From: Balanoglossus misakiensis
Taxonomy: Eukaryota; Animalia; Hemichordata
Length of the DNA stretch: 64,000 bases
Assembly: GCA_040954595.2 (NCBI GenBank)
Contig: CM082576.2
Coordinates: 14,697,129-14,761,128 of the forward strand
Direction: 5' to 3'
This document shows, piece by piece, positions 26,058 through 41,731 of the stretch. The notes under the pieces are model-generated. The model did no database searches, was not told the DNA's origin, and saw only the letters and a list, made by a program, of their open reading frames with translations. The position numbers and the translations under genes were made by a program. Within the stretch, counting starts at the first letter, position 1, and every line of letters starts with the position of its first letter.

Positions 26058-28236
26058 CGGTATTGTCGAACAGCCAGTCAGAACAGTACAGACAAGTCAC
26101 GTGACACTATATTCAACCAATGGGTGCGGCACACATGTATTAGAAGTCATCTCATCCACAAACTCGTCACTCGAACTTGACAGTGAGAGTCACCATCTTA
26201 GACTGATGAATAACAACTTGTGGTTTGAAAATTCTAGCAACATGGAGCATGTCTGTCTCAGGTCAAAGCTATAAATATCAAAAAATATATTAATGGCTAG
26301 TTGAAACTTTGTGCAAGGTGGACAGTCCAAGTTTAGTCTCATGTTTTTCTGCAGAACAAGACAACCACATTGAATCATTGCTATTCTTTGTGGTCAACCT
26401 TTGTCCTGTGATTGTCACAGTCGAACATAAGGAAAACAAATTCTCCATAAGATGGTAAACTCAGAAACTCGGACATTAGTATGGAGGCAAACTGTACTAT
26501 TTATTTAAAGAATCTTCATTTTCTGTTATTGTGTGTGTCTTTGTTCAATTTTCACCACTTTTTCTGGGTTCTATTTCAACTTTTTAATTCGGGATATCTA
26601 TTGACTATGCAACTGCATTCCAAGGTATATGCAAATGTACAAGTCTTGTTGATTATAATTTAATGAAGACAGGATCAAGCGTGTTTTACTACAGTGTCAG
26701 TTTCATGTCAAATATTTGCAACCTTTTTTAGATTTTTAAAATAAGCTAGTAATTCTGTGCACAAAATTTTATTAGACTGTCAAAACTACATTGTGTTATT
26801 GTCCAGTCACATAAAGTTCGCATGTCAATACAAGTTTTAATCAGATGAATGAGGAAGAAAGTAAGGCAATAATAAACAAGGTTTGCAATTTATTTACAGA
26901 TTTGTTATCATTATTTTTAGGGGGTGGAATATAATGTTTTTTTCTTCTGCTTGTATGGTCATCTTTGACTCCACCATTTCTTTATAACAAATAAACTTTT
27001 ATTTGCCAAATACAACTTGTTTCCTGTGTCATATTTCTTCAGACCTTCACAACTATTGACAACAAACTAGTGAAACACATTATCAACATGGATGGAATGC
27101 ATAAATCTTTCAGCCATAACAAGCTACGGCTACATTTTGTTTTGAAAAAATGTAAAATGAAATTGTCATCAATCTTAGGGCATTGTGCAGGAAGATATGA
27201 AATGACTAGTGTAGGTTCGGCTATTTTGATTATTGTTTTTGTAAACAGTGTTTAACCATTCATATCATGTGAACATCACTGTATTTATCATAAATTGTTT
27301 TTTCTAGTTGGGATAACAAAGATTGTAACACACCTCATTGGTAGCATGTGTTATGATTCGCCCATTGATCTTGATCTACACTCAGACGGTGAGACAACAA
27401 AAATGATTACATGAAAGGGACTAGGCAGCTGTTCCCTGTTATGGAACAGTCAAACATAAAGAAAAAACAGAGAAAAGCCAAGATAGAGTTTAAATTAATT
27501 TCGAATTTATTTAAAACAAATGTGCAATCTGCTATGAATGAGGCAGTCTGAAAATCAATTTCTCCTACATCTGATGCATGATTGCTAAATACCTCATTCA
27601 GAATTCTCTGATAACTCTGAGATGACACTGCACATAATCTTCATGGGTGGGATAATTGTAGCAATGGGAAGCATATCTCTCATGCCTGTTTAACTAAGAC
27701 AGATTCCAAATTAATATTGCAGGCTCCATCTTACAACAAATACTGATATGCAGGTCATACAGGGGGGTATAACCCTATCACAAATGATTAGGAAAATCCT
27801 GAGAAGCAAACTTATCCTGGAATGATCTCACACTTGGGCAAATACATATAAACACATTTCAAGACCACAAAGCATAATATTCTATTAAAATATTGGTAAA
27901 TAATCTGTACATGAAGCTGGTTTTGACGCAACTTCGTCAAATATAACTTACCATGACATGATTTCGTATATTTCAAAGGTTTGCAGATGAGTAAGACGGA
28001 TTTCTTTACATCAGCTTTAGACGGAGAAATACATGTAGCAGGAAACCATGATTTTTCTCTGATAAAATAAGACTTTTACAAGAAATAATTTGCGTAAATT
28101 GATAGCATGTGATAGCACAACACAATTCTAAAACATTAAGTACAGAAACGAGAGCTGCAGCTTGGAAGAAGACATTTTACATCACACAAATCAGCTACAT
28201 GGTGGATTTGATGAAATATAAGAGGGATTAGAAATA

Positions 28237-28432
28237 CAGTCGAACCTGTGTATAGTGGCCAGTCAAGGGACTTTCCTAAACTGGCCTTTATAGAGAGGTG
28301 GCCTTTATATAAAGAATACTTAATGCACATATGAATTGCACAGGGACTGTAACAAAGTGACCACTATATGGAGGTGGCCAATATATAGAGGTGGCCACTA
28401 TATAGAGATGACCACTAACAGAGGTTTGACTG
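28237..28432. mobile_element. Tc1/mariner/pogo-type MITE downstream of the PTGR2 stop
   Basis: TA|CAGTCGAACCTGTG...CAGAGGTTTGACTG|TA with repeated GAGGTGGCC subunits. Confidence 0.75.
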
Positions 28433-28563
28433 TATTGATGCAACCAATAGCATACTGAGGGGCCTGTACAGCAGACATCATTTATATACATTTATGCAGG
28501 TATAGAGCTGTGATGCTGGACAGGTCAAGTCAAGGTCAGAAGTGATGATCTGGAGCAGATGAC

Positions 28564-31504
<2,941 letters not shown>

Positions 31505-31635
31505 ATTGTTCACGTGTATGGTCCGTCTGACCACACTGAGCTATCGACACGAGACGTGACATGAAAGGAAAAAGGTGACCATGTAGAACTTGTGTCTTCT
31601 GATACGAGATAACCCGGGTAGCTTTGCAGGCTTAA

Positions 31636-32430
31636 GATGGGTCCCTAGGATCTTTTTGCCCGTTGCTATGGGCCTTTATAGGACATTACACCCCGATTTG
31701 GACTAAGCCGTTTTCAGAGTCTAACATGGGGCTGGTAACTAGTTAAAAATACGCACGATTGTGAGCGCGCGCCCCCTGACGCCATTGATATGCAAATTAG
31801 TTAGGTCAAATTTCAAAAGCCTAAGGCTTTTTATTCCGTGACCTCAAAAACGAACTTGATACGTATTCATTAGTTGCTTGAACCAGGGAAGATCGTGACG
31901 GATTTTGTTTTCGAATATTATCGTTGTATCCTACGATTTCAGCATACCCGTACCACACCTGAAAAAGTCATCGATTTTGGGTGTTTTTGGACGCACTCTT
32001 CCACTGGTATCGCTTCTTAGCACGACGAAAACCGAAAAAACGATCCGTCACACTATGCGGAAGTGCGTTCTCAACAAGCAGGTCAAATTTGGCTGGCCTA
32101 CGTCGCCTATGAAAAAAGCCTTAGGGATTTTCGTGAACGGTACAAAATCTCTGTGTACAAAACATTGGATTTTTAGCGTTCGATCCAGTTACTGTGGTTA
32201 CAGGACGCGCACGCTATCGCTGACCGCTGCTTTGCCGTATTAGCGTGGCGGCCTATGGCCGGGCGGTAGCTGCCGTAAACATACTCAGACAGGGGGTGTG
32301 CACACAATCGTGTGTATTTTTAACTAGTTACAAGCCCCTTGTCGGACGTTCATAACGGTTTCGATCAAAATTGAGTGTAGTGTCCTATAAAGGCCCATAG
32401 CAACGAGCAAAAAGATCCTAGGGACCCATC
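31636..32430. mobile_element. Non-autonomous TIR DNA transposon with TTAA TSD (Kolobok-like, RR..YY ends), 795 bp
   Basis: TTAA|GATGGGTCCCTAGGATCTTTTTGC...GCAAAAAGATCCTAGGGACCCATC|TTAA. Imperfect inverted similarity extends ~150 bp inward. Confidence 0.85.
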
Positions 32431-34201
32431 TTAAAACGAACCCCGGAAGTTTATATTGGAAGGCAAGGTGATTTTGACAAGAGCGCCACCAACGACATGA
32501 TTACCGAAAACTTAGGCAGGACACGCCCATCCCTCCCAGCGCCTAAGCTTCTTGCAGACTGAACTAGGGAAGGATCATTTGATATCGGGGGGGGGGGGGG
32601 TTGTCTGACAGATTAATGACGTGCATGATGTTTCTCTTCATGATCCACTGGGTGAAATTTTGTTCAATTTGGTGAATTCTGACAACTTTATTTTTGCATT
32701 CCCCCCAAGGATTTTTTTATGCTGCTCAATAAATGCCTGAGGCTATGTTATACCATATAAGTTGGATAACAAGTTGGCAATGTACACAGTTTAATATAAA
32801 CATCTCAGAAACTGAACTTAAAAAAAAGTTAGTAAAAAAGATGTGGAAAACGTGTTGCGCATTTTTATAACTTTCAATACTGTGACCCATTTTCACACCT
32901 CAGATGATGATATACCAACCAAAGGATGAGATTGTCTAATCAAAGTTCACCCATCAAAGATGAAATAGTACAACCCAGCATAAAAAGAGATGTCCTTGCC
33001 CACCAAAGGTGTGATGTTCCATCCCCACAAGGTATGGTATATCTCCATCAAGAATGTAGGTCTATTTGGATTACACAACACACATTTATTATACATGTAG
33101 CAGAAAAAAAGTAGAAATGCGATGTTGGGGTTGATGTTTTGAAACACTTTATTCTTACTGTCATTGACTGAGATTAAAAACTAGCCTCACAAAATGTTAC
33201 ACTCAAATGCATTCAAAAGACTTCACAGAGTACCACATACACAAATAAGAAACATGGAACTTAAAGACGCATCTACAAACAAAAAGTTGAGTTCGCATTA
33301 GACAGCTCTGTCCAAGTCAAGCTTTACTTTGCAATTTTGGCTAACATAAAAAATATGAGCTTGATTCATGGCAAAAATATATCTGCTTTTTGGCACAGTT
33401 TGTTGCATTTGGAAGACATTTTGAAAATCTGCACTAAATTCATCTCTACACAAATAGCGTCAAAGACACTGTGCTCCCATTTGATCAGAAATTTTACATA
33501 ACTCAACTGTGACATACATCAATTATATTTTGACAATTTTCTACAAGTCTTGAAGAGAGATGAGAAGACACGCATAGAACCATGATGGATGCGAAACGGA
33601 ACATGTGACCATCAGATATACCAGGGACATTCACAATCGGCCAACCAAGGACCACAGATAAGGAGAGCAAATACCTATACATCCTAGTTGCTAATCATTT
33701 TCAGGAGTAGACTACTGTGATGAGTCAGTGTGTTTCTTAGTTTGATGGTCATTCATTTGTTCATACATTCATATATCACACACACGTAAACACACACACA
33801 CACACACACACCTAAATACACACAATCACATCCTAGAGAAAATACTCATCGCTTTACATCTCACCACAAACTCTGCATAAAATATTTATACATTAGTGGC
33901 AGCTAATCACATAATTACACTTTCATAAAATCACATCATTCACAATACCTCTCATGTTTACCAATGAAAGAATGGAAAAAATTTAAAAACTCTGAAATCT
34001 CATCAGCTAAATTCTTCATGTCAACTGCAATGGTAGTAACTATTTGTTGGGAGTTCAACTGATCTCTAATGTCTAATTGCAACATCTGATTCTCTACATT
34101 GCACCTGTCTACATTTTCACTTGCAGTACTATATTCTTCTAAAAAAGTGCACGAGTAAAATAAAAGACACGCTATGACAGACTAAAACTCCACTAGTGCC
34201 T

Positions 34202-37200
34202 TCAATCCTCCTTTTTGTCGCTGTCACCATCATTTTGTTCCGTTTCTTCCTCCTCATCTTCCTCTTTCTTCCCATTTTCACTTGTACTCTTTGATTTCCG
34301 TTGCCTCAATGTTCTATCACTGCTGTCAATGTCCCCCGTATTTTCACTCATTTCTTCATTTTCATCGTTGTCCACCTCTTCGCCTCCCGGAGACTCTCTG
34401 TCTGTTGTCTTGGCTCTGCCGTCGCTTGCGTGAGAATGAGAATGTGTCCATCCGTGTTTCGGTGGCCTTGTGGGACACAGGCAATCCGTCAGAAATACCA
34501 ATGCCTGGGATTAGAAGAAACCACACAAAGTTTGTTGAATTTTTTTCTGTCACTCAGGCCAAGATTTCACACATTATGCAAAATTTATGCGACGGGGGGA
34601 TTTCACACTTGAATATGAGCATTTAAATATGAGTATTTCTAAAACGGTACAAGTTTTTTTTTTTCAATTCTATTATCAAGACATGACAAATGGATATGGG
34701 AAAAAGCTGTCCACCAACTGCCCAATAAACTCAACACAAACAATTAATCATATTCACACTGAGCATCTTCGTGTCCAAGGTAACGACGCACAGGACAAGC
34801 TGAAACAAGCCACATAGATCGGACAGTGAAAACCTCTACATCGGTCTATTTTGGTAGAAGACACCTGTACCCGGCATCTGTAACTGACACTGATGAAGTG
34901 GGATGGATTGCCATGGTAACCACCTGGAGGCAGCCAAACCCACAAGACTGTTAAAATAGAACTTACCACTCCAAGGAGGAGGCCCATCATTATCGTAGCC
35001 ACAGCAAACAATGCATAGGAGCCGTATACCGGAACATTGTAATCTTCTGTCAAAGCAGTATGAATATTCTGAGAAAAAAACAGAGCCAATGCAACCATCT
35101 TGGTTAACTTTTCCTTCATGGATAAACTGTATGTGGCTTATTCCGTCAGTCTCTAAGAAATCCATGTAGTTCCACAATTCATAATTCAGAAATACTCAGC
35201 TGTGTCGCCTCAATCTTAAGAAGATGTACCAACCATAATGTAATCAAATGACCATATCTATAACAGTCCTTCACAATAAATGACAGGATTATACTATTTC
35301 CCCTTAAAAACACTTTCAATGACAATTCTAGCATAGAAGTGGGTCTATGACTGGAGATATAAGAGATGTAGCAACTAAAAAAGTCTACGGTGTACGTTTT
35401 CTTCAAGTTCCACAGAAACCTACTTTGTGCATAATTAAAATCATACAGAATCTTACAACTATTCATTTAACCAACTGTAGCCTACTTACCCTAACAATCA
35501 TAGATATTTTAAACAACCAACTTAGTAGGCTCATTCTAGAAAAAAAAGATAAAATTTATTACACAAAGAACCTTACCCCGTGGACTGTGTGGTTCTGTAG
35601 CAAGGACAACTTTTCCAAGGCCTTACAAATGCTTTAAATCTCTAAAATGTAAGCAACTGTGTGATTGGGGTTGTGTCGTCAACTCACCATAATTTCAAAC
35701 TTTCATTTAGGGGGACCGAAGGGTTTTTAAATCAATAAACATGTTTAATGTCAATGTCATGAAAATCAACAAATTTCAACAGTCATCCAGCCTGGAGCTG
35801 AATTCTAAAATGTAATTCCACTCAGGTATGTAATCTAATTCAGTATATTGCACTAAGAATAAACTACATCCACGTAATATTTTTCTTATAAAATAAAATA
35901 TGGCAAATCTACCTTTTTGAATGACATAAACTTACGATATAGAGTTTGGAGATTTCCACGTAGACACTGTCTCCAAATCCACATATTTTCTTTCTTCAAT
36001 GAATGTGATAAAATCATCTTTACTTCTGGGTCCCATATATCTTCTAAATTCTCCATCGATTACACTGAAATATTCACAATTATTCAAATTAACGATCACA
36101 ATATAGATGCAGTGTCACAAACTTTATATTTTGAGCATTATGAAAAGTTACATTCATTCATTTCTGTAAATTTTAACAGAGATCTTTTCATTTCAAATGT
36201 TTCAAAACCTACAGATTTTAAACTGAACTAAAATAATGACAAACAAAATGGCAGAAATCTATCATCAGTATTTACTCTTTTGGCAAAGTTGACCTTGTTC
36301 TAGATAATTTGTGGCCTTGCAATGGCTATCTCGTACTTGGGCACCATCTCTGAGACTGTCATAAGTTCAACAAGTCAAATATTTATCTTTGTTTGACCCC
36401 AATTAAATCAGTGAACTTTTCACCTTTCACACTTATTTCGATGAATTATTTTCCCCCCTTTTCGGTGAACATTAACCCTTTCACCCCAGTTCCCTCTTTA
36501 GAGGTCCAACCTTACCATAGAAAACAATGGGTTTGGACTGAACCATAATGGTGGAAGGGTTCAAACAGTACATAGGCACTGTTTCCCACTCTACAGGATT
36601 ACAACCAATCAGCATGGCAAATGAACAAAGGCCTCTGTATGCAACATTTGAAGTTTTGCATACTAAATGTAGAGTCTTCAATCGTAGCGGTTTATTATCG
36701 TAGGCTTCATTAATATTGAACATGTTGAATAACCACTAACATGCTACTTTCTTTGTTAATTATAAATTACAGGACTAAAAATCCCTTCTTTCAGAGCTTA
36801 TGAGAGTTTGTGCATTTTATAAGGGTACTACCCTCAACATTTACAAAATATTACTCTTTTATCTGAACTGTACTTTTTTCATTATGGGAGCATTTTACAG
36901 TTTGTGGGGGCTTTCCTTTGAGATACAGCTCTTTAGTGTAGCAAAAACTTTTCACACAAAATTTGCAATTAAAAATATGCTGTCATACATGTAAAGTAAT
37001 CAAGTTACCCTTAACCTAGTTGGAAAACATTCGATGTCCAGTTGTAAGCATTGCATCATTTTGCTGGTACATGTACATATTATCTCATTCACACAATAAA
37101 TTAATATTATAGACAGCTTACTGATAAATAGTGGGCAGGGATGTGACCATAAATCTCCCACTGAGTCCTGGCTCTTGAGTGACGTCCACATCAGCCACAC

Positions 37201-38696
37201 TGATGTCCAGATCCTCACCCCATTCAGCAAACGACTTCCAAGCAGGCTCAACACCTTTGCAGGCCGGACACCAAGGTGCATAACTGAATCAACAACAACA
37301 AAAAATGTCTTGAAACATTTAAATTAGAGCCTAAATTAAATGTTTCAAGCAAACGCATATGCTAGGAAGGCAACCAATCACAACCCTGGTACTTTCAAGT
37401 GGTCAGTTGAAGGTAGCTCGAAACTGGATTGAGCGTGTAGAATGCGTAGTACCTCTTAGAAACACATAGAAGATTGTTATAAATGGGCAAGTAGGATAGC
37501 ACTATCAGGTATGAATTTTGACATGGTATGGGTGGCATCGATGCCGATTTATTGATTAAATTTCGCCTTTGTGTGAGTGAAAACATCTACCGAACTTGGC
37601 AATGCATCTGTCAAAATTGGATTTGGTTTCACGACTTCTCCTTTTTCTGTGTCACAGGCAATCGCCATGTAAAAACAACTCTGTGGCTGAAACCAAAGAA
37701 TACCATCACTCATAGCAATTTCGAATTTTAAAGTGCCAACTCCGAAGAACGCCTTTTAATTCCCTGGTCTAATTACCTGCAATAATTGTAGCCTTTACCT
37801 TGGTGGGGCTGCAGGTTTGATCGCGCTGATGGCCACCGCAGCGCGATGACACTGCAACCAGCCCACCAAGGCTACATTTATTGCAGGTATGGTCCAATAG
37901 TGATATTTGGAATGATAGTGATATTAGCGTGTGTGTGTAGGTGTTTTGTAAATTCAGACATACAACTCAAAGCATCCGGTCCATGCATGTACCGGTATAC
38001 CTGTTCAGGGTTAGAGGACTACATATGGTTATAATTTATTACGCAGTTTAATGACTTCATTCTGTTGAGTGTCTGATGATTAACTTTTTCTTCCATATGC
38101 CAACGATAAACAAAGTAGGAGGAATATTGTACTGATTCATGGCGTGACATGGTGTGTTTAACAACCATACTGCAGTGCTGTTTAATATTTGTCTATGATT
38201 TTCCAAATGATACCTGTCTTTATTCAAATTTATTGCATACAACATGCAAACACGCTAACCCATGCGGCATAGATAAACGTTTGTGATCAAATCGATATTA
38301 CGTGTACATTCCATGAGTAGAACCACGGTGTGTGGAGAGACCGTGGTCGAACTTTTAGATTATACAATCGCAGTTTGTGCCATGTCAATTTTGGACACCT
38401 CGACTGTTTGTGACAAAACACGTGGGTGTGTTAAGTTACACACCTGAACGTGGGATTTGGCACAAGATGGCAATGAGTTTTCTGAAACAGGAAGTGCAAT
38501 ATGGTGATCGAAGGTCCCACTGCCGTAAACTGCAAAAGACTTACAATTTCACCATCCATTCTCCTTCCAACATTTGCCTCCAGTTGTCTTCGGTGATAAG
38601 TACCGGCTCCCTTTTATTGGCGGCATCTGTCTTCAGCAAGGGCATCAAAAGCAACATGCACACAGCACTACCCACGCCACTCATAGTTGTCGCCAT
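34202..38696 (-). CDS. TMX1: Thioredoxin-related transmembrane protein 1-like (CPAC active site), 6 coding exons, ~297 aa
   Basis: Exons: 38696-38545, 37283-37122, 36064-35936, 35535-35490, 35068-34967, 34504-34202. Total 894 nt, in phase. Signal peptide, GEWMVKFYAPWCPAC, VDVTQEPGLSGRFMVTSLPTIYH, DGEFRRY, TM helix GSYALFAVATIMMGLLLGVALVFL, acidic tail with LRQRK and terminal KKED. May be the TMX1/TMX4 pro-orthologue. Confidence 0.92.
36476..36559. mobile_element. ~85-bp piggyBac-like mini element; other copies 11352-11436, ~13440-13505 (inverted), ~28754-28827
   Basis: TTAA|CCCTTTCACC...GGTG(A/G)AAGGG|TT(A/C)A with a shared core GGTCCAAC..TACCATAGAAAACAATG. Confidence 0.7.
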
Positions 38697-39587
38697 CTCG
38701 CTGCTGCATACGTGTTGTTCGTTGGTTTGCGGTTAAATTTTGTGTCCCGGCCGCTTATCAACGTTGAGGGCGCACTAGTGGGTGCTAATGGGGAATTTCT
38801 TAACACGGGCAACACCCTGACAATCAGGTGATATACCCACTGGCCGTCAATTGCCTTTATAATTGCATGCACCATGTGATTTATAGGAAGCTGTTGTATA
38901 GCACAAAAATAGCATGGGGTTTCCTGTCTAGTGTTGACCATGATTTTAATATGCCCTCTGGTACTTCTTGTCGTTAATTATGCTTTCTTTCAGTTTCACT
39001 CTGACAATCAGAGACCATGATGAGTGGAGTTTGCAGATTTGGAAAGCTATTCATTGCTAATCACACTGGCCTATCCTAGTATGCAATGGCCTAGTAGAAA
39101 AACACCCCCAGTCAGTATAAATGACCAGCCCCTTACCAACCATGCATATATTTTGTTGTGAAATTCAATGCATAAGTCATTCATGATTGTGTTATTAAAA
39201 GCAAAACAAAAACAAGAAAGGTACATGAGAATTATTGTGGCTATGAGTCAGTCTATTTTAAAACTTTGAATTTCAACAAATATATATTCTCTTGTCATAT
39301 ACTTTGCAGTTGTTGGTGTCTTGTCACTTTCTCAAGGGATTTACATTCCTTTTTGCTTTCACCTTCCTTCATTATTTATGTCAAACTGCTGTGTTTATAA
39401 GTAAATCATCTTTTTTCATATATTTGAAGATAAATTTGTTTGAAAATAAAAATAAATTTAAGTATTTTTTTTAAAAAGTCAAGTGGTGTTACTGTGACAT
39501 GCCTATAGGAAAAGACAATATTTTTTGTTTCCCATACGCACCATTCTTGTTGTTGCTATTGTATTCACCATCTTGGCTAAAAAATGT

Positions 39588-41182
39588 TCAAGATTTGTCA
39601 ATAAACTGTCCAGTCTGTTCGTCCCGTGTGACTTGATCCCAGCGAAACACCCGACCATTCATGGCGACAAACACACCACTCTCGGCCATACACTGCACGG
39701 CTCCAATGGCAACTCCAACATTGAATTCTGCATCAGAGTTCTTAAATGTGTTCGGTAGAAAGGAGCCAGTCAACACGATTGTCTTATCCAGGTTGTTTTT
39801 TCCGAGGAAGGCTGCTGTCTCTATCATTGTGTCCGTCCCATGGGTGATTACAATCTTCTTCTGAGCAGCAGACTTGCACATCTCATTTAAGTCCGACCTG
39901 CAATGTTAGAAGAGACACAATTTGGAAATAGATTTGTGCCAGTGCAGTCCCTCTGCCAGTAAATTTATAAACATAAGTTTTCACAAATTAAGTTTTCAGT
40001 TTGCAAATTTACAGGGAACTGCGTGTCAAAACTAAGTTGTGATTGTTGAAATCAAAAATGTAGTCTGGTGTTTGAAATAAATATGTCTCTGTGTGATGAA
40101 CCGAAATATCTCTAGGTGCATTACTATTCCAGTTAAATTTATGCAACGCACAATGAAATAACAGCTGATATGTATAAACTAAAGGCATATCAGTTTTACT
40201 CAGCAAAAGAGCAGTAGCATGGTCATGCAATCACTCTACCTGTCCTTGTAAATTATTTTCTGGCTATCTTTCCTGAACGCTGATGTATAACCCACAGGCA
40301 AAGCCATGTTCTTTGTTTCAAGTATTGCACGTGCAGCTGGGTCTTCTATCTCAAATCCATATGCACAGGTTCCCTTGGGGTAGTCCTTGTCTATAGTCCC
40401 TGGAATGAAAAATTACAGTAGAGAAAAAGTATTAGTGATTTTTTTTTACTTTCCAAGGCCAAAATAGCTGCCCATTTTTTCATTATTCTCATGATTTCAA
40501 CAACCTCTGACTGTTGATGTACAATTAAATGTGAGCAAGATATTATAATAAACAGGTGCTGCACTCGTTTATTCAACCCCCTTTTGCAAGAATACACAGA
40601 AAATGGGAAATCGTGGTATGCGCACATGGGTATTAATTAATTGACAGTTCTTCATAAACTTAAAGTCAAAATTGTGTTGTTCATCAGCTATAAGGATTCA
40701 TTTGCTCCACACCATCGCTCCATGAACGCAAGCCCTAACCCTAAATGTGAAATATACCCTAAAGCTAACCTGTCAACAATCAAACATAACTATATTTGTA
40801 AACAAACAAACAAACAAACAAATGTTTTTTCTGTTTATATCAATCAATAACAACAAACAAACAAACAAACAAACAAACAAACAAACAAACAACAAAAACA
40901 TACACTACAAACAAGGAGGAAGAGCCCACTGTGCACAGACCTGCATGCAGAGTTAGCTTCTTGCATGCCACCGGATAGCTACATTAAGTAGCTCTAGGTT
41001 TTGTTTATGTTTTACATTTTAGACGGCCGTCACAAACAAATTTAAACCTCAGACTGGAGCTAATTACTGAACTGCGCAGCTATAGCTACCGAGCACATCA
41101 CTCGATTACGTACATGAAGATTCATTACAACTTGGAAATGTTTACCTCCAGCTTGAATGACCAGAATTGGCAAATTAGACAT
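39588..41182 (-). CDS. Short-chain (N-terminal-domain-only) class 1 L-asparaginase, 3 coding exons, 168 aa
   Basis: Exons 41182-41146, 40399-40240, 39897-39588 (507 nt, GT-AG, phases 1 and 2). Translation: MSNLPILVIQAGGTIDKDYPKG...RKDSQ...IVITHGTDTMIETAAFL...KTIVLTGSFLP...SDAEFNVGVAIGAVQ...GVFVAMNGRVF...GQFIDKS*. Both catalytic Thr motifs (GGT, HGTDT) are present and there is no C-terminal domain. Confidence 0.9.
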
Positions 41183-41731
41183 AATTTCACCGATACTAAT
41201 AGCTCAGTGTCCAGCCACCCTCCTGGTTTCGTTAGTCGTCTGCCCCACAATACCCACAATGCAACGCGACAGACGCGGCGTCTGTTGTTTCCGTGGTCTG
41301 ATGCACTTGCCGATCCTCCCATCGTTTTGGAGTCATGGAGCTAAAATAGCAGATGTGTGTCTACTTTGATGAAAACCTTTCCCAAGGTAAATCAAATCCA
41401 TTTTATTTTCACATTTATTGATATAGTCTTTTAATCTACAGCGGTCTGGTCCGTATGTTTTGTCAGAAGGCTGTGTTGTTCCATTTAAAAATGGCGTCCC
41501 CGGAAGTAAACAAACATTTTAAATGGCAAAAAAATCCCCTATCTTTCGTCACTGCTTTGACGTACTCGGGGAATCACCGGTATTCCGTTTCCATTTAACT
41601 ACAGAAATCGTCACGAAAGTCGGGGCTCTGTGCAACAGAAACCAAAGGGACTTTGGTGTATGAGACATTTTTCTGACTTCGCCCGTTGAACTTCGACTTG
41701 AAATTGAAGACAGGACTTGCCGGACTGCAAT
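41183..41731. promoter_or_regulatory. Probable bidirectional promoter between asparaginase and FBXO48, with adjacent YY1-like and ETS motifs
   Basis: Divergent ATGs ~550 bp apart, CpG-rich. AAAATGGCG (41488-41496) lies next to CCGGAAGT (41500-41507). Confidence 0.6.

Noticed and set aside
31905-32243. 112-aa ORF inside the TTAA element as a transposase
   Set aside because: No ATG start and no recognisable DDE or DNA-binding motif. The element is too short.
34215-34626. Plus-strand ORFs over the TMX1 last exon
   Set aside because: Antisense shadows of an acidic low-complexity coding exon.
39588-39897. Asparaginase as bacterial contamination
   Set aside because: The coding sequence is split by two in-phase GT-AG introns and lies between TMX1 and FBXO48.
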